A stretch of 41,552 bases of DNA from Eubacteriales bacterium. Lineage in GTDB: Bacteria > Bacillota > Clostridia > Oscillospirales > CAG-272. This document shows positions 37,839 through 41,552 of this stretch, in pieces. The DNA lies in NCBI GenBank assembly GCA_045597185.1, contig JAZODV010000190.1, positions 1 to 41,552 of the forward strand. The letters are read 5' to 3'. Every line of letters starts with the position of its first letter. The first letter of the stretch is position 1. The translations under genes were made by a program, and so were the position numbers. The notes beneath the pieces are model-generated. The model saw nothing but the letters and a program-made list of their open reading frames with translations, made no database searches and was not told where the DNA came from.

Positions 37839-38932
37839 TGCTGGACTATTCAAAGCTTCCTATGGGGTATGTCCTCGGAAAAAGGTATAGTATAATAAAT
37901 GTTGTCGGTGTCGGAGGAATGTCGGTGGTGTACGGTGCGTACGACCTTGAGACGGGAGAGACTGTCGCCGTCAAAATGCTCGACCTCAGCGCCTGCGAGA
38001 CCGATGCGGCAAAAGTCGAAGCCGAGCGTCGATTTGCGTCGGAAATAGACGTTATGAGCGCGCTTTCACATCCTAATATCGTTAACATAATAGCCTCGGG
38101 CGTCGACAAAGGACATCCGTATTTTGTGATGGAATACGTCGAGGCAAACACACTTAAGGATCGCATTGAAGCCTGCGGCGCGCTTACCTTTGACGAGATA
38201 ATACATTACACAAAACAGATACTTGACGCGCTTATTCATATACATTCAAAAAATATTGCGCACTGTGACATAAAACCGCAAAATATCATGCTGCTTCCCG
38301 ACGGAAACATAAAGCTGACCGATTTCGGTATTGCGAGAAGGCTTGCTTCAGCAGACAATAAGGAGTCGGAAACGGCGGTAGGTACGGTATATTATATAAG
38401 TCCCGAGCAGGCATCGGGGAAGCGGCTTGACAGCCGTTCCGATCTGTATTCTCTTGGGGTTATGATATACGAAATGGCAACAGGAAGGCTTCCGTTCTCG
38501 GCGGCTGATACGTCGGCAGTATCGAGAATGCACATAGAGCAAAGTCCTGTGCGACCGAGAGTTCTCGACCCCGAAATTTGTACGGGACTTGAGCAGATAA
38601 TACTTCACGCAATGGAAAAGATATCGTTTATGCGTTTTTCGGACGCAAGAGAAATGCTTGATGCAGTTGAAGCGCTTGACTATGATATTAACACAGTGTT
38701 CGATTTCAACAAGCCAGACGAAGAAAACGGAATCGCCGACTCGGTAGAGATAAAGCAGAATCATAATATATCGGGTTGGGTCCTTGCAATAATCGGCGCG
38801 GCGGCGGCTTTCATAGTCGTTCTTATAGTAACTATAATCATTATGATATCAATATCGGACAGAGCAGATAACGGAAGGCTGAACGATCCGATACGCAACA
38901 CCGCTTGTGCGTCGGACAGGAGATTAAAATGA
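37838..38932 (+). CDS. Hanks-type Ser/Thr protein kinase, membrane-anchored, without PASTA repeats
   Basis: About 364 aa with Gly loop GVGGMSVVY, VAVK, catalytic loop HCDIKPQN (38261-38284), DFGIAR and SPEQ. One TM helix (about 38775-38850) is followed by a tail of about 25 aa. The ATG at 37838 overlaps the phosphatase TGA, with GTG 37835 as the alternative start. Confidence 0.88.
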   Translation: MLDYSKLPMGYVLGKRYSIINVVGVGGMSVVYGAYDLETGETVAVKMLDLSACETDAAKVEAERRFASEIDVMSALSHPNIVNIIASGVDKGHPYFVMEYVEANTLKDRIEACGALTFDEIIHYTKQILDALIHIHSKNIAHCDIKPQNIMLLPDGNIKLTDFGIARRLASADNKESETAVGTVYYISPEQASGKRLDSRSDLYSLGVMIYEMATGRLPFSAADTSAVSRMHIEQSPVRPRVLDPEICTGLEQIILHAMEKISFMRFSDAREMLDAVEALDYDINTVFDFNKPDEENGIADSVEIKQNHNISGWVLAIIGAAAAFIVVLIVTIIIMISISDRADNGRLNDPIRNTACASDRRLK

Positions 38933-39822
38933 ACGGAAAAATAATATCGTCGGTCGGCGGTCTGTATTCGGTCGAGCTTGATTCGGGCGAGACGGTGAGC
39001 TGCCGGGCAAGAGGTTCGTTTCGGCATTCTGGTGTGTCTCCGCTTGTGGGTGACAACATAACGCTTGTAGGAGAGGGCGCTGAGACCGTTATTGACGAGA
39101 TACACGAACGCAAAAATTCACTTATACGTCCGCCACTTGCAAATCTTGATATACTTTTTGTAACACTGTCGGCGGCAAAGCCAGAGCCGTCACTTTTTAC
39201 GGCAGACAAGCTGATAGCAATATGCGAGCATAACGGCATTGAGCCGTGTATCGTAGTTGGAAAATGTGAGCTTGACCCTGACAGAGCCGATGAAATAAAG
39301 AAAATATACGAGCTTGCAGGCTATGATGTTTTCGTGCTCAGCTGCTTTGAAAACATTGGTGTCGATAAATTTTCAGAGTACGTAAATACAAAGCTGAAGG
39401 GAAAAACTGCTGCATTTGCAGGGGCATCGGGCGCAGGAAAATCAACGCTTATGAACCGTCTTTTCCCCAAACTCAAACTAATTACAGGTGACGTCAGTCA
39501 TAAAACTCAGAGGGGAAGACACACGACAAGAACAGTCGAGTTGTTTCCTCTTCTTGGCGGATATCTTGCCGATACACCGGGATTTTCGATGATAGATTTC
39601 GAACGGTTTGATTTCTTCGGTAAAGACGATCTGCCGTATACGTTCAAGGAATTCCGTGAATGTATAGGTGAGTGTAAGTATAAAAAATGCACGCACACCA
39701 AGGAAGAGGGGTGCGCGGTGCTTGAAAAGCTTATGGACGGTAAAATAGCGCTGTCAAGGCATGAGAGCTTTCTCGCACTTTACGATATACTTAAACAGAA
39801 ACACGGATGGGATACGAAATGA
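38929..39822 (+). CDS. rsgA: Ribosome small subunit-dependent GTPase A
   Basis: Start at ATG 38929 (ATGA overlap with the kinase stop, RBS ggacaggag). Circularly permuted GTPase with P-loop GASGAGKST, and a C-terminal zinc cluster CKYKKCTHTKEEGCAV. Confidence 0.9.
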   Translation: MNGKIISSVGGLYSVELDSGETVSCRARGSFRHSGVSPLVGDNITLVGEGAETVIDEIHERKNSLIRPPLANLDILFVTLSAAKPEPSLFTADKLIAICEHNGIEPCIVVGKCELDPDRADEIKKIYELAGYDVFVLSCFENIGVDKFSEYVNTKLKGKTAAFAGASGAGKSTLMNRLFPKLKLITGDVSHKTQRGRHTTRTVELFPLLGGYLADTPGFSMIDFERFDFFGKDDLPYTFKEFRECIGECKYKKCTHTKEEGCAVLEKLMDGKIALSRHESFLALYDILKQKHGWDTK

Positions 39823-40436
39823 GAGCATTTATTTATACGGGTGGCGATGTATACCCCGAAAATATAACGGAGCATCCGAAGAGCGACGACCTGTGCATTG
39901 CCGCGGATTCGGGATACGAAAATGCAAAAAGGCTTGGTGAGCGTGTGGATGTTTTTGTCGGTGACAGGGATTCCTATTCGGGAGAGCTGCCCGATCGTAT
40001 TGAGGTGGCGCTCTTAAAGCCTGAAAAGGACGTGACCGACACACACGCGGCTCTTGGACTTGCGCTTGAAAGAGGTGCTGACGATATAGTGATAATTGGC
40101 GGACTCAGCGGCAGACTTGACCACACGATGTCAAATCTTGCAATACTCCGCGACGCGAAGGATAAAGGCTTTTATGCTGTTATAACCGACGGACGCAACA
40201 GAGTCAGGTATATCCGCAATGACAGCACGCTGATTGCGCGATCGAATTATAAGTATATTTCACTTATTTCAGATGATGACACCGTGAAGGGAGTCGAGAT
40301 AAAGGGAGTAAAATACCCGCTTAAGAACGCGAAACTGACGAGGAATTTTCAGTACGCGGTCAGTAACGAGATAGAAGGGAATTGCGCACTCGTCTCGGTC
40401 AAAAAGGGCGGACTTTTCGTAATAGAGTCGGTTTGA
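39819..40436 (+). CDS. thiN: Thiamine pyrophosphokinase
   Basis: Start at ATG 39819 (ATGA overlap with rsgA). About 205 aa with motifs AADSG, GD.DS (here GDRDS), EKD.TD and GG.SGRLDH. Confidence 0.85.
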   Translation: MRAFIYTGGDVYPENITEHPKSDDLCIAADSGYENAKRLGERVDVFVGDRDSYSGELPDRIEVALLKPEKDVTDTHAALGLALERGADDIVIIGGLSGRLDHTMSNLAILRDAKDKGFYAVITDGRNRVRYIRNDSTLIARSNYKYISLISDDDTVKGVEIKGVKYPLKNAKLTRNFQYAVSNEIEGNCALVSVKKGGLFVIESV

Positions 40437-40472
40437 TAAATGAAATAAAAAAGCTTTTTATCAATATTTTTC

Positions 40473-40501
40473 TTGACAAAACGGCGCTTTTGTGATATGC
40501 T
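40473..40501 (+). promoter_or_regulatory. SigA-type promoter for the 220-aa membrane protein gene
   Basis: TTGACA (40473-40478), 17 nt spacer, TGaTATGCT extended -10 (40493-40501). RBS aaaggag at 40517-40523. Confidence 0.6.
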
Positions 40502-40533
40502 GAATCCATCATTATAAAAGGAGATGACTATAA

Positions 40534-41196
40534 ATGAAAAAAATCAAATTTACCTTTATGCATGCGAACAAATCAACACGTATTGTCGGCATAATTGCCT
40601 TGGCGCTTGCATTAATTTCTATTCTGCTTTTGGTGGTGTCTTCAAACACCGCTGTTAAAGGCTCAATCACAGATCTCCCCATTGTGAAATTGTTTGTTCC
40701 GGAGGACGAGCTGGATGAGATCGAAGATGAATATGACAAGCTCATTGAGGAGATAGAGGATGCCATTGATGAAGATGATGACGACGTTCTCGATAGGATC
40801 GAGGATGAATTCGGCATGTCTGCGGAAAAGCTGCTGAAAAAGTGTAAGACCCCGTCGCTTAAAACAGTGCTGCTGTTGTCAGAGATTGAAGAAGACGGTG
40901 AAGAAGCTTACGCTATCTTTTCGATCATTATCACCGCTATCAATGTATATGCTACCATTCTTGCTATTTTCGTAGCACTTTCGGCGTTGTTTATGAACAA
41001 GGGATTCTTTATTACATCGGTCTCTCTTTCTACAGTGTTCTTCTTTACTTTTGTAGGTGCGGTTTGGTTCTTCGTATTCCTTGCTCTCTGCATTGCTTAC
41101 TGTATCCTTGTTTCAAAGGTCAAGACGGCGTACATAGTATATAAGCACACTCCCGTAGCACCCCCCGCTGTGCAGGAGCCTGCTCAGAACGATTGA
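40534..41196 (+). CDS. Hypothetical membrane protein with an acidic helical linker
   Basis: 220 aa with an N-terminal TM helix (IVGIIALALALISILLLVV). An extremely acidic segment follows (EDELDEIEDEYDKLIEEIEDAIDEDDDDVLDRIEDE), then about three C-terminal TM helices. It has its own promoter and terminator. I recognise no family. Confidence 0.6.
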   Translation: MKKIKFTFMHANKSTRIVGIIALALALISILLLVVSSNTAVKGSITDLPIVKLFVPEDELDEIEDEYDKLIEEIEDAIDEDDDDVLDRIEDEFGMSAEKLLKKCKTPSLKTVLLLSEIEEDGEEAYAIFSIIITAINVYATILAIFVALSALFMNKGFFITSVSLSTVFFFTFVGAVWFFVFLALCIAYCILVSKVKTAYIVYKHTPVAPPAVQEPAQND

Positions 41197-41215
41197 TATA
41201 TTGATATTACAAATA

Positions 41216-41263
41216 GGGTGAGTCAGATGCATTTTTGCATTAGACTCACCCTGTTTGTGTTTT
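41216..41263 (+). terminator. Intrinsic terminator
   Basis: Stem gggtgagtc (41216-41224) / gactcaccc (41243-41251) followed by tgtttgtgtttt. It lies 20 nt after the stop at 41196. Confidence 0.7.
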
Positions 41264-41264
41264 C

Positions 41265-41552
41265 AAAAATAATATTTGTAAATTTTGATTTATCGGTGTG
41301 TTTGATTCGAAGGGATCTGTAGGGGTCGACGTCCTCGACGACCCGTTTGAAATGATTTAATTAAAATATAATCTCTATAAAGACACGCACAAAATAAATT
41401 TATAAAATATTATGCTAAATAAATCAACTTATCGGGTCGTCGAGGACTTCAACCCCTACAATTTTTAAGCTTTATTCGGTTTATAGAAATATTATTTGCG
41501 GTAGATTTTTGTTGAGGTTTCGTCTCACCGAGAAATCCCAATTTATCGTTTT
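41265..41552. repeat. Window-edge copy of the hairpin-bearing repeat (inverted pair around an AT-rich spacer)
   Basis: 41318-41345 and 41433-41460 are inverted copies of the cgggtcgtcgaggacgtcgacccctaca module, flanking an 87-bp AT-rich spacer. 41432-41530 matches 1-99. 41281-41303 is the reverse complement of the module cacaccgataaatcaaaatt found at the right end of copy A (about 16029-16050). Confidence 0.8.

Noticed and set aside
1-41552. Terminal direct repeats suggesting a circular replicon (plasmid or phage) assembled with overlapping ends
   Set aside because: The two ends differ by 3 mismatches in 99 nt and diverge completely after nt 99 / 41530. The same modules occur internally, and the gene content is core chromosomal housekeeping with no replication-initiator, partition, integrase or phage genes.

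Overview
Chromosomal window from a mid-GC Firmicutes or Clostridia-type genome. This assignment rests on gene order, AGGAGG-type ribosome binding sites (RBS) and TTGACA/TATAAT promoters. A finer guess of Oscillospiraceae or Ruminococcaceae-like cannot be verified here. I support about 38 protein genes, almost all housekeeping, in these blocks. (1) Minus strand 177-7505: fhs, small membrane protein, araB, membrane-anchored hypothetical, cysE, cysS, gtrA-like. (2) Plus strand 7783-15348: three tandem paralogous lipoproteins with a C-terminal metallo-beta-lactamase (MBL) fold domain, then guaB. (3) Minus strand 16095-24139: gdpP, rplI, dnaB, tilS, hpt, ftsH. (4) Plus strand 24425-29296: rimP, nusA, ylxR, L7Ae-family, infB. 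(5) Minus strand 30099-31094: efp plus a co-transcribed Cys/Asp-rich zinc-ribbon protein. (6) Plus strand 31360-41196: yicC, remA, gmk, rpoZ, priA, rlmN, a PP2C phosphatase, a Ser/Thr kinase, rsgA, thiamine pyrophosphokinase, and a separately promoted membrane protein. Nine gene junctions are ATGA or TGATG stop/start overlaps. I saw no rRNA, tRNA, CRISPR array, transposase, integrase or phage genes. The most unusual structure is non-genic. It is a family of hairpin-rich composite palindromic repeats sitting only at operon 3' ends (1-118, 15399-16053, 29359-29982, 30003-30046, 41265-41552). Two copies of about 0.63-0.65 kb lie in inverted orientation and bracket a transcriptionally self-contained 13.3 kb housekeeping segment. 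The window itself starts and ends in the same repeat. The best protein-level candidates for novelty are the triplicated MBL lipoproteins and the efp-linked Cys/Asp-rich zinc-ribbon protein. No classical defence, toxin or mobile system is evident, and I do not claim one.
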